A stretch of DNA of 64,000 nt. Origin: a virus. Numbering within the stretch: position 1 is the stretch's first letter; each line of letters starts with the position of its first letter. Positions 46,947-56,563 of the stretch are shown here, one piece after another. The notes under the pieces are model-generated. The model was not told the DNA's origin, did not search any database, and saw nothing but the letters and a program-made list of their open reading frames with translations. Where the stretch lies: IMG/VR virus record IMGVR_UViG_3300012920_000023, positions 1 to 64,000 of that record; one strand, given 5' to 3'. The position numbers and the translations under genes are program-made.

Positions 46947-49900
46947 TTAGAGGATCACAAAGTTAAACGTGATATTCGATCCGTCGGCTATCGGTGACCC
47001 GGATTGGTTCGTATAGGTAAACTGAAACGAGCCGTCGGCGACGGTGTGAGGGTGAACATCAACGTGAGCCGAAGCCGTACCCATGATCACGGAGGTGGCT
47101 TTACATAGCGTATTTGAAACGGTGATCGACGTACCCTTTCTAGCACCGTTGCCTAGAGCACCATTAGTAGTCACGGTCACGCTTACACTATGTGTGTTAG
47201 AAGTGAAGTTCCCACTGCTCGTACTCTCATTGGTGCTAGTAGTAGGCTTGCCGAGAATACGCACACCATTACAGTCTAGCGTTGCAAGTGCGGTGTCGGC
47301 AATCGTCGCAGTTGTATCACTATCACTAATGTTAGTTGCATGTCTGTCAAACAACTTGTAAGTGCCGGTATCAGAGCCGTTTGGTTGATATAGGAAGCCG
47401 GCAAACACATCGCTCGATGACGAGTCCTCATACTTGCAGTAAAACCCAATGTTGTTTGTCTGCGGTGAAGTTGCGTTGAGTCCGAGTTGGATCATGGGGT
47501 CTTTGAACTTTACTACAGTCCCTGTTCCCTTAATGGTGCCGGCAACAGTAAGGTCAGCACCTACATCAAGGTCTGTACCGACATCGAGGTCATTACCAAC
47601 CTCAAGGTCTTGAACGATAGAGACATCATCATCAAGTTTAATCGACACGACATTGCTTGAGTTAGTAATATCGATATTGTTATCGGTATTATTAAGCGTA
47701 AGAATCGCAGGACTCGCACCTTGAGTGAAGTTATATTGCCCGGCAGTTCCGGTGGTATCAGTCTTGAGAGTGAACAGTGTGTCGTTCTGCAAGAGGATAT
47801 TCTGTGCACCATTACCGTCGCCACGATCTGCCTGCCAAAGACTACCTGTCTCGTTATAAGCAAGAGTGGCATTAGCACTGTCTCCACGCTCTATAGAGAT
47901 GCCGACAGTATGACTAGGTGTGCCGGTTTGATCACTATTAAGTGTGATAGCAGTAAGCCCCTCGCCGGTAACATTCAATGAAGTCACAGTCGTTACGCCT
48001 GCACCCAAAGTGCCGGTTGTGGACAGATTCTCATCGCCGAATGAAATGGCTCCGGTTGTGTCAGTGATAGACCCGGTGGTGAAAGCCAACGTGCTGTCTA
48101 CAGTCAGATTCCCGAGGATCTTGACATTTCCGACGTCTGCAAACTCCCAATTTGTCTCACTCTCATCCCAAAAGAACTTAGCGTCTGTCGCAGACCCACG
48201 GTTCACGGTCAGACCGAAATCGTCAGTGCTCGCCGGAGCCACACCGCCGGCTAGGTCTGAGTTAAACGTAATCGCTCCTGCGTTCGCAGTTGTGAAGTTA
48301 AGGTTTGAAGTCAGAGTCGTGGCTTGATGGAGTGTAATAGTCTCAGCAAGAGAGTTTATGGTGAGGTAATCTTCGTTTGCGTCCCCTTGTTGAATATGGA
48401 ACGCAGATGCCCGGCCATCGCCTACATTGACGGTAATATCGTTAGTCTTGGGGGAGATCGTAGTAAGTGCAATGTCTGCAACATCTCCAATGTTACCGGC
48501 GTTGTCCATAGAGACACTGCCTGTTACGGTCAGAGATTCAAGGGTTGTCGCTCCTGCGGTTAGAGTACCGGTTGTGGTGATGTTGTCATTGTCAAAACTG
48601 ATCTCTCCTGTGTCGGAGGTGATCTGTAAGTTTGAAGCCCCAAACGTGATGCTTCCACTTGTGCATGAGATTGATCCGTCGGAAATCGTGATGGCATCGG
48701 TTGAACCGCTATCCACAATCAAATCGTTATTAATTTGAACTTTACCGGCGTTATTGAACAACCATGAAAGTTCACCCTCATCCCAATGGAAAATGGCGTT
48801 AGTGCCCGATCCACGGTTGACTGTGATCCCAAAGTCGTCGTTTACATTAGGAGCACTGCCACCGGCGAGGTCAGAGTTGAATACAATCGCCCCTTGTGAA
48901 GCCGTTGGGAAGTTTAAGATACCCTCGGTGGTAATGTTACCGTTTGAAGATGCAATCGTTACTTTCTGTGAGCCAAGAGTAGCACCAATGTGGAGATCGG
49001 CCTGCGAAACTAGTTTAGTGTCAAACGCAAAAGAAGCGTTACTTTGATCCCATTTGAACTTAGCGTTCGTCAGTTCTCCACGCTCCACCTCAATCAAGGT
49101 TGCATCGGCATCTTGACCGCTTCCTGTACGGTCAGAGTTGGCCACAATCAAAGACGCAGTAGCGTCATATTTGAGATTAACGATTCCACCGTGAGTCGTT
49201 GCCTTGGAAAAGGCCACCGGCTCATTGTGTAACACATCCTTTTTAAACTGAATCTCTTCCGAAGAGTCCGTGGTGACGAAAACGAGGTACTCATTAGTGC
49301 TTTCAGTGATTGACAGAGCAGATGGTTGGTTGTCTGCTAGTGAAATCACCATCCCATCACCGGTTTGGTCAGTGATAGAGTCTAGAGCGATGCTTCCTAC
49401 ACCCGAGACATTACCCACTTGAGTAAGACCGCCACTGCTAAAGTCGGCACTTGATACGGTTAGCATACCACCCGTAGTGATCTTTGCGGTTGTAGTGCCG
49501 GCACTCGTTGTGTCTCCGATAGTAAGAGCATTTCCACTTACTCCGGCTTTACCTTGAATGTGCAGACTACCCTGTGGATTGAGGTTAAACTCGCCGGGAT
49601 CTTCATCCCATGAAATGATCGCATTTGTGTCTGTACCACGCTCCACAGTTAGCAGAGTTGCGTCGGCATTATCACCGGCGTTCGTATCATTTGAGTTGAA
49701 CACGATACCGCCACAAGTATCATCTAGGTTAAGAGTGTCGCCTAAAGTTGTAACGCCGGTTACGGCAAGTGTGCTCGTGACTGCGAGAGTACCTGCGATG
49801 GCAGTGTTGCCACTTGAAGCGGTGACATTGAACTTGTTCGCTCCAACAATAAAGTTTCCGGTAGACTTAAGTGCATTAGACAACGCCCAATGGCCATTAG

Positions 49901-52790
49901 TCTCGTCCCACTTGATGCTTGCGTTAGTCTCATCGCCACGCTCTACCTCAATGATTGCGTCTCGCTCTTGGCTTGTGCCTACATCACTGTTGAGCACAAG
50001 CATTGCACTCTGAGAGGCATTACTTAAGTCGCTCGCTTGAATGTTAAGACGGCCTGCCTGCGTAGTCGCACCTGTGGAAGAAACGACAGTGTACTTAGTT
50101 GATCCAACAGCACCTACAGTGAGATTCCCGGTTGAGTTAAGTGCATGACTGAAATCAAACACACCGGGATTAGTGTCCCACTTAATGGTTTTATAAGCCG
50201 GGCCTGCACCGCCGTCATTGACACGGATAAGTGTTGCGTCTCCGGCACTTCCATTTGAAGCGATATCAGAACGGAAGGTGATACCGTCGGATATGCCGTC
50301 CTTGATGTTCAACGCATCTGCAAACGTTGTTGCTCCTGCAATCGAGACAACGCCTGCTGTGCTGACGGTAAACTTGTCGGTGTTGACAGCAAATGTGCCG
50401 TTAGTTGCGATGTTACCGCTAGTGTGTGCGACTGTGAAAGCACCACTGCTCACATTGATTCCACCGTTAGGACTGAGTAGTCCGGAGAAAGACCCGACTC
50501 CAAAACTGCTTGTGGATGTAGATGATGCTGTGAAACCGCCCGATGAACCTGTGCAGGTCATAGAGTCGGCCTTTAACTCATTCCCTCCGAAACTCGTCTC
50601 ACCACTTGCCGAGGTAATCTGTCCGCTTGCGAATGTTAGGTTGGCGATCTTTGACGATGCCGGTAATTCGGTAATCTCATGGAACTGAATCTTGTGTGCA
50701 CTCGTCGTTGTCACAAAAGTGGCGAACCCGTCGGTGTCTGCGGAGGTTCCAATCGTTAAGGCAGAGGGCTTGTTGGCATCTAGGAGAATGTTGAGGTTTG
50801 ACCCATCATCACTCTTCAAAATGTCTGCGGAGAGTGAGCCTACATTAACAATGTTGAAATCACCAACGTCTAGGTTTGCTCCGAGGGTAGTAACTCCCGT
50901 TACTGCTAGTGTACCGGCGATGGCCGTATTACCACTCGCCTGTGCGACTGTAAACTTATTCGTACCGACTGCTGTACCGACTGAGAAGTCTGTGTTTGAG
51001 TGAAGTTTCCCACCGTTTACTGCAAACGTGCTATTGACATCATCCCAAAAAATATAGCCCTCATCGGCATTGCCCGATCCGGCTTCTACAGTGATCAATT
51101 TCACATCGAAGTCAGAACTTTTATTTTGTGCACCACGATCTGAGTTAAAGACGATTCCGAAATCATCGTCCGGTTGGCTTTGAATGAACAGGGTGTCTTT
51201 TACGGTCAACTCTGCGTTTACAAACCCGTTCCTTGTGATGATCAAGTCTTGGCCTACAGTTACATCGGTTGAAACTGAGAGGTTGTGGCTAAACGCCCAA
51301 GTTGTCTCATCATGTTGCCAAGTAATCGTTGAATAAGTATCGCCCATGTCAACGGCAATCACTGCGTTCTGACCCTGCCCTGTGCCTGTATCGGCATTAA
51401 GGATGATCAACTTATCGGATTCAGTAGACTTCTTATTTATACTTAGTGTGGAGTCTGCTCCAAGCGTAGCACCGCCCGTTAGAGTTGACAGTCCGGCTAC
51501 TGAGAGAGTACCGGTTCCTGTCGCACTAATGTTGCCGGAGGTGGTAAGGTTCTCGCTTCCAAAACTAATTTGAGCACCACCGCAGACAATACTTCCATCT
51601 GAGATTGTGATGTCGCCAATGCTTGATCCGGACTTAAAACTAGATACGTCGTTTGTAGCGGTAATCCCACCGTCTGTGTTTACCACGAAGTCATCATTTA
51701 CGTTGATTCCCCCGTCTAGTGAAGCCAAGCCCGTTACGTTGACTTCTCCGGATGCGGTCAAATCTTTAAGAGACAGGTCTGCGTCCGTTGTGTTACCGGT
51801 GGTGAAGTCGGATGCTGTGTGTGCTTCTGTGGTTAGCCCGAATCTAAATGCACTTGCGGAGTCGTCAAAGTACAAGATAGCGTCGTTCCCACTGTTACCA
51901 CGCTCCATCAGAATACCGATATCGTTTGAGTTAGCACCTCCTGCCACCGAGTGGTTCAAGCGAATAACCGGATCTTTAACCTCTAGGGTTGTTGTGTTAA
52001 CCGTTGTGGCAGTTCCGCTAATCAACAGGTCGCCGGTTATTACAACCTTACTGCCTGTACCACCAAGAGTAATGGTGTGTGGGTTATTGCTTCCGTCTTT
52101 AGTAACGGTCGCTCCGATAGAGACATTTCCGTTAGTGAAGTCTAAGCCTGTAAGCCCGGTAAATGCAGTTTCTGTGGCTCCGAGGGCTACAGAAGTCGCC
52201 CCGATAGTCACTGTACTGTTAGTCAGTTTGGCATTTGAGATTGCACTATTATTAATAATGTCGATTTTAGCCGATGTGATAGCACCGCTTTGAAGCGTCG
52301 CCACACCCTCGTTATTGATGTTTAAGTCGCCGGAGATGGGCTTATTTCTAAACTGATTTGCCCCGGTACTCCCGTCGGAGTCAGTATTAAAGATAAGAAA
52401 ATCTGCGTCTGAGAGTGCGTCCTCAGTGCCACCGTCTACTCCTAGGGTGACGTTTGACAGTGAGCCGATCTCAATCGATGAAGCACCACCGGAGTCAACG
52501 TATCCTTTAGTCGCCACGTCGGAGGATTCGGCAGGTTCTTCAACACCTCTTAGCCTAACGGTCGCATTACCTGCACTATCTAGGAACGAAACAACTTGAC
52601 CTGCGGAAAGGACGTTAGAACCGAGGTTGTCCAAGTCGGCTCTGAGTGTCTCACGGCCACCGTTGGTTGTGCCGTCATGGACACGGATAGAACTGTTCGT
52701 AGTGTCTACCGTGATTTCACCGATAGCCCCTGCAAAGGCATCATTTTGCGTGTGTGTACCACGCCTTAGTTTTACTCGTCTTACTGACAT
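46947..52790 (-). CDS. Long fibre protein with Mtd-like N-terminal domain and internal repeats
   Basis: LRRGT...F.GA.GEITVDT....RVHDG.T.GG; about 10 (E/N)RG...NA...WD repeats. Confidence 0.8.
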   Translation of the reverse strand: MSVRRVKLRRGTHTQNDAFAGAIGEITVDTTNSSIRVHDGTTNGGRETLRADLDNLGSNVLSAGQVVSFLDSAGNATVRLRGVEEPAESSDVATKGYVDSGGASSIEIGSLSNVTLGVDGGTEDALSDADFLIFNTDSDGSTGANQFRNKPISGDLNINNEGVATLQSGAITSAKIDIINNSAISNAKLTNSTVTIGATSVALGATETAFTGLTGLDFTNGNVSIGATVTKDGSNNPHTITLGGTGSKVVITGDLLISGTATTVNTTTLEVKDPVIRLNHSVAGGANSNDIGILMERGNSGNDAILYFDDSASAFRFGLTTEAHTASDFTTGNTTDADLSLKDLTASGEVNVTGLASLDGGINVNDDFVVNTDGGITATNDVSSFKSGSSIGDITISDGSIVCGGAQISFGSENLTTSGNISATGTGTLSVAGLSTLTGGATLGADSTLSINKKSTESDKLIILNADTGTGQGQNAVIAVDMGDTYSTITWQHDETTWAFSHNLSVSTDVTVGQDLIITRNGFVNAELTVKDTLFIQSQPDDDFGIVFNSDRGAQNKSSDFDVKLITVEAGSGNADEGYIFWDDVNSTFAVNGGKLHSNTDFSVGTAVGTNKFTVAQASGNTAIAGTLAVTGVTTLGANLDVGDFNIVNVGSLSADILKSDDGSNLNILLDANKPSALTIGTSADTDGFATFVTTTSAHKIQFHEITELPASSKIANLTFASGQITSASGETSFGGNELKADSMTCTGSSGGFTASSTSTSSFGVGSFSGLLSPNGGINVSSGAFTVAHTSGNIATNGTFAVNTDKFTVSTAGVVSIAGATTFADALNIKDGISDGITFRSDIASNGSAGDATLIRVNDGGAGPAYKTIKWDTNPGVFDFSHALNSTGNLTVGAVGSTKYTVVSSTGATTQAGRLNIQASDLSNASQSAMLVLNSDVGTSQERDAIIEVERGDETNASIKWDETNGHWALSNALKSTGNFIVGANKFNVTASSGNTAIAGTLAVTSTLAVTGVTTLGDTLNLDDTCGGIVFNSNDTNAGDNADATLLTVERGTDTNAIISWDEDPGEFNLNPQGSLHIQGKAGVSGNALTIGDTTSAGTTTAKITTGGMLTVSSADFSSGGLTQVGNVSGVGSIALDSITDQTGDGMVISLADNQPSALSITESTNEYLVFVTTDSSEEIQFKKDVLHNEPVAFSKATTHGGIVNLKYDATASLIVANSDRTGSGQDADATLIEVERGELTNAKFKWDQSNASFAFDTKLVSQADLHIGATLGSQKVTIASSNGNITTEGILNFPTASQGAIVFNSDLAGGSAPNVNDDFGITVNRGSGTNAIFHWDEGELSWLFNNAGKVQINNDLIVDSGSTDAITISDGSISCTSGSITFGASNLQITSDTGEISFDNDNITTTGTLTAGATTLESLTVTGSVSMDNAGNIGDVADIALTTISPKTNDITVNVGDGRASAFHIQQGDANEDYLTINSLAETITLHQATTLTSNLNFTTANAGAITFNSDLAGGVAPASTDDFGLTVNRGSATDAKFFWDESETNWEFADVGNVKILGNLTVDSTLAFTTGSITDTTGAISFGDENLSTTGTLGAGVTTVTSLNVTGEGLTAITLNSDQTGTPSHTVGISIERGDSANATLAYNETGSLWQADRGDGNGAQNILLQNDTLFTLKTDTTGTAGQYNFTQGASPAILTLNNTDNNIDITNSSNVVSIKLDDDVSIVQDLEVGNDLDVGTDLDVGADLTVAGTIKGTGTVVKFKDPMIQLGLNATSPQTNNIGFYCKYEDSSSSDVFAGFLYQPNGSDTGTYKLFDRHATNISDSDTTATIADTALATLDCNGVRILGKPTTSTNESTSSGNFTSNTHSVSVTVTTNGALGNGARKGTSITVSNTLCKATSVIMGTASAHVDVHPHTVADGSFQFTYTNQSGSPIADGSNITFNFVIL

Positions 52791-52817
52791 TTAAGTCTCC
52801 TTAAAATTAAATAGAAA

Positions 52818-55196
52818 TTAAACAACTAGGCAACCGTAGTCCTCTTCACAGTATATAAGCGTATCTGTAATAGATCCAAAGTCTACTTCAAAATGAGTAC
52901 CCTCCACAAAGGTTGTGGCCACTGAACCGTAATCTATGGTCTCTAAAACACGTCCAAATATGATGAGATCACCGGACTCAATGGCGACTGTGCTTGATAG
53001 ATAGTGGTCGCTTATAACAGGAACACTTCCGGACGTTGTTCCGGTGTCTTTTGTTGACGCAGTTCCTAGAGAGACAGGCTTATACTTATTAAGACTTGAG
53101 TCTGTAGTAAACTGTAATACCTGCCCGTTAGATGGAGCAGTTGAGTCCACGTCGGTTAGGTTTGCGGTAGAAACGCTTAGAGAGAGACTGATTTCATTAG
53201 CGGTATCATCATGGGCAAATGTAACCGAATCAACCCCTCCACTGCCATCGCTAGTGTTTCCACTTATCAAGGCGTTAGCCACGGCATCTCTAGCCTCTTC
53301 ATCGGTATAACTAGTCACATCTCCGGGTACAAACTTTGAGGTTCCGTCCCACACTAATGACTGCCCCGATGTAGGTGCAACAGAGGTGATGTCAACGTCA
53401 GAGAGTTTATCAATAGAGGGGAGTGCAGTGAGGTTGACTCCGGAAACCGCCGGTAGACCGCTTGAGACCAATTTGACCACGTTGTCTGTGTTTGTGCCGG
53501 TATCGAGTGATGCCGAAGTTCCGAGAGTTGGAAGCCCGGATAAATCACTGTAAGCGAGCGTTGCGTTTACAAAAGCAGACCCACTATACCGGAGGACTTG
53601 CCCTGCATTTGACACGCTAAGTGTTGAAAGCGTTACATCGTTTAACTCGCCGACTGACTCGTTGCCCAAATTGACCTCAGATGGAGCGTTAACCCAAGTG
53701 GCCGTTCCGTTAGAGTTGGCCTGTAGCAGTTGCCCTGCGGAGCCGTTTGAGGATGGGAGTGTCCATGCGTCGCTAATCTTCACAGCCCCGGAGTAAATCT
53801 CAAGTCCGGTTGTTTCTGTGCCATTTACGGGAACTTTAAGTTTGATTGATCCGTCTGTGCTTGAAGCGGTGGTGTCCGATGCACATGACTCAATAACACC
53901 GTATGATACTAACGTGCTCCCTCCGGAGTCCTTTCCGGTGAACTTTATCTGACCTACAACCTCGTCTGTGGAGACAGTTGCGTCTGTCTGTAGATCAAGG
54001 GTTGGCCCCGTTGTGTTTGACGCTTCTGTGCTCTTAAGCGTGAGGGTTGGCTCTGTGTTACCCTCAGAGGACATATTTAAAACTAAGCCCACTCCTGCCA
54101 CGCTATCAAGCGAGATATCGGATGCTCCGAAGTATATTTTCCCTCCGGACTTCAAGTAAAGATCTTGCCAAACTGAACTTGAAGAACCGAGTGTGTTGGT
54201 TCCTGCGTTTGGCAAAAGGTTTCCTGTCGTTAAGGCGTTTGAAGTGCTTGCTCCACGCCCGGTGACAGAGTCAAGGGTGTCTGAAAGTGCAGTTTTATCT
54301 GCCCAAGAAGTTGTGCCACTTCCATTTGTAGTTAATACCTGCCCGTCGCTTCCCGAATCTGTGGGCAGAGTCCATGTATTGCTAATTTTAACGACTGCAT
54401 CCGATGACCCTACTGAATAGACAGACAGGGCAACTAGACTGCCTGCTGTACCTAGGACGTTTAGATCAATTTGACCCGATTCAAGATCTTCACCAACATC
54501 TTTTGCTTTGGCAGTTAGGCTTGCAAATGTCTTGGTTGTGCCTCCGTCATTATCTCCCTTAAAGTTTAAGATACTAACGGAGTCATTGTCGCTTAAAGTA
54601 GCAGAGTTATATATCTCAATCGTATGACCGCTAATTTTTATTCGGCCACTTGTATCTGTGTTTCTAAGCCCTTTATAGAAGTAGACTTCACCGTCACTAA
54701 GAGCCACATCTAAAATATTGGTGATGGTCGCACCGTTGCCGGCTTGCAGAAAGAATGAATCGTTTCTAGGGTTCGCTAGACCGCCCGAAGCGACAGAGTT
54801 TGTGTGTGCACTTACTGCACAGAAGCCTAGCCTAAATCCCTCAATGCCGGATTCGCCTATTTGAGTGTTTGATGTACCGTGATTAAACTGCACGACGCTA
54901 CTTGTAGGGTCATTTCCCCGGAGGGTTAGGCGATTCCATGTAGAACCACCTGTTCTTGAGACTCTGATCTCTTGTCCGTCGATAACTGTTGCACCATCGC
55001 CTCTAGTGGCGGTGATCTTACCGGCATCTCCATCACTGACTCCGTTTGTATGAATAGAGTCTGTAACTTTGAGACCGCCCACCTCAGTTGTGGCCTTAAA
55101 CGTATGTGCAGAGTTCAGAGTATTTACGTCGCCGGAGTTCAAAATGAACCGTCGGCTTTGACTGCCCTGTAACCCCTTGTCTGTATAATTCGCCAT
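52818..55196 (-). CDS. Fibre-like structural protein (start MANYTD)
   Basis: GGAGGAG RBS; repeated TLP...G..GQVL...G.G...W and L.DV.......GQVL.Y motifs. Confidence 0.75.
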   Translation of the reverse strand: MANYTDKGLQGSQSRRFILNSGDVNTLNSAHTFKATTEVGGLKVTDSIHTNGVSDGDAGKITATRGDGATVIDGQEIRVSRTGGSTWNRLTLRGNDPTSSVVQFNHGTSNTQIGESGIEGFRLGFCAVSAHTNSVASGGLANPRNDSFFLQAGNGATITNILDVALSDGEVYFYKGLRNTDTSGRIKISGHTIEIYNSATLSDNDSVSILNFKGDNDGGTTKTFASLTAKAKDVGEDLESGQIDLNVLGTAGSLVALSVYSVGSSDAVVKISNTWTLPTDSGSDGQVLTTNGSGTTSWADKTALSDTLDSVTGRGASTSNALTTGNLLPNAGTNTLGSSSSVWQDLYLKSGGKIYFGASDISLDSVAGVGLVLNMSSEGNTEPTLTLKSTEASNTTGPTLDLQTDATVSTDEVVGQIKFTGKDSGGSTLVSYGVIESCASDTTASSTDGSIKLKVPVNGTETTGLEIYSGAVKISDAWTLPSSNGSAGQLLQANSNGTATWVNAPSEVNLGNESVGELNDVTLSTLSVSNAGQVLRYSGSAFVNATLAYSDLSGLPTLGTSASLDTGTNTDNVVKLVSSGLPAVSGVNLTALPSIDKLSDVDITSVAPTSGQSLVWDGTSKFVPGDVTSYTDEEARDAVANALISGNTSDGSGGVDSVTFAHDDTANEISLSLSVSTANLTDVDSTAPSNGQVLQFTTDSSLNKYKPVSLGTASTKDTGTTSGSVPVISDHYLSSTVAIESGDLIIFGRVLETIDYGSVATTFVEGTHFEVDFGSITDTLIYCEEDYGCLVV

Positions 55197-55295
55197 GACG
55201 AACTCCTCCAAAAGACAGTTTAATGGTGTTTGGCTAAAGATTGTACCACTCGGCACATTGAAAGTTAAACCTATAAAGTTTTATTTTATTTTTAC

Positions 55296-55324
55296 TTGAC
55301 TATACGAGTGTCTTAATATAGTAT
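55296..55324 (+). promoter_or_regulatory. Early promoter
   Basis: UP element plus TTGACT-N17-TAGTAT. Confidence 0.8.
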
Positions 55325-55364
55325 AACCAAAGTTGATTGAGATAAAAAATCCAAGGAGGGTTTT

Positions 55365-56162
55365 ATGAGTAAGAGAAAATCACATAACGACGAATGGTAT
55401 GAAGAGTTTGAGGGCACAGAAGATACCGGATTCGATCCGGATTACTGCTACGAGTGCGACTCATTCCGATGCGAATGTTATGAACTTCTTGACGGTGATT
55501 ACAACCAAAGAGGTCGGCAACAGAACTTGTTTGATGGCCTTTTTGATAGTTATCAAAGTGATGATTACAATCAAGATTATGGCTATGATGAAGATGATGA
55601 ATATGATGAACAGCCGGATAACGACTACAGTCAAGTTGTAGAGTATCAACGCAGACCGTTGAGTCAACCTTTATGGAGTCAGAACTCATTCAGACGCTAT
55701 AGCATCAAGCCTTTAAATAGAGTTGATCCTAATGAACGGGTTTTATACTTCGCATTTGGCTCAAATATGGAAAAGAGCCAAATGTTAAAGCGTTGTCCAT
55801 CGGCTCAAGAGGTTGAGGGCAAGTATACACTTGATGGTTATCGATTGACTTTCTGCGGTCATTCAAACAAGTGGGGTGGTGGAGTAGCCACAATCATAAA
55901 AGAGCGTTTTGATATAGTCCTAGGTCGGTTATTTAGCCTAACTTGGAGCGATGTATATAAACTAGATGGCTTTGAGGGTCATCCATACGTTTATAAGCGT
56001 CAGTATGTCACTCTTACCGACGGTCAAAGGGCATTAACTTACATCAAGCCGGTTAAGAATAATGAGTCTAAACCAAGCCTTTCATATTTCACAACAATCG
56101 CAAGGGGCTATCAACAAGTGGGGTATGAGTTAGATAAACTTGTTGACTCATCTAGCAAGTAA
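55365..56162 (+). CDS. Gamma-glutamylcyclotransferase (AIG2-like) with acidic N-terminal extension
   Basis: LYFAFGSNM..QM..RCPSA, GVATI, LDGFEGHP..YKR. Confidence 0.88.
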   Translation: MSKRKSHNDEWYEEFEGTEDTGFDPDYCYECDSFRCECYELLDGDYNQRGRQQNLFDGLFDSYQSDDYNQDYGYDEDDEYDEQPDNDYSQVVEYQRRPLSQPLWSQNSFRRYSIKPLNRVDPNERVLYFAFGSNMEKSQMLKRCPSAQEVEGKYTLDGYRLTFCGHSNKWGGGVATIIKERFDIVLGRLFSLTWSDVYKLDGFEGHPYVYKRQYVTLTDGQRALTYIKPVKNNESKPSLSYFTTIARGYQQVGYELDKLVDSSSK

Positions 56163-56234
56163 GACGCATACTCTCTTCTGCTTTTAGATAAAATGCAGTC
56201 AATGTTGAAAAGCGAGAGAAAGGTCTAACTTATT

Positions 56235-56501
56235 ATGAGTGCAAGTTTCTACGAAAATGCCGATATAACCGTATTTGGAGTACAATTTTCAAACTCCACA
56301 CCTCTTCAAATAATCCAATACTTTATGGATAAATCGATTTTTAAAAAGTATAACACCATTGAAGAATATATGGTTCATCTTGAGAGGTTTATGGAAGTTC
56401 CGGAGCGAGTAGAGGGCGAATCAGATCGTGATTTTGTGGAGCGACTTTTTGATGAGTTCTACAGACTTGGCATTCTAAAGATAGACGAAGTAATACATTA
56501 A
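56235..56501 (+). CDS. Hypothetical protein
   Basis: 88-aa ORF. Confidence 0.65.
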   Translation: MSASFYENADITVFGVQFSNSTPLQIIQYFMDKSIFKKYNTIEEYMVHLERFMEVPERVEGESDRDFVERLFDEFYRLGILKIDEVIH

Positions 56502-56504
56502 TCA

Positions 56505-56520
56505 GTGCACACGTGTGCAC
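56505..56520. promoter_or_regulatory. 16-bp parS-like palindrome, copy 7 (perfect)
   Basis: GTGCACACGTGTGCAC, intergenic, upstream of the RNR gene. Confidence 0.7.
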
Positions 56521-56563
56521 ACGTTTAGGGAGTTGGGCAACCACCCATCTCTCCGGAGGCTCT

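Noticed and set aside
46947-52790. Diversity-generating retroelement suggested by the Mtd-like N-terminus
   Set aside because: No reverse transcriptase and no TR/VR pair differing at adenines was seen in the window.
28096-54420. Many antisense ORFs over the fibre, sheath and other long genes (e.g. 28438-29241, 51607-52293)
   Set aside because: Shadow frames of G/S/T-rich genes, with no RBS or recognisable motifs.
56502-56563. Cobalamin riboswitch before nrdJ
   Set aside because: The gap is only about 60 nt and is occupied by the 16-bp palindrome and the RBS.
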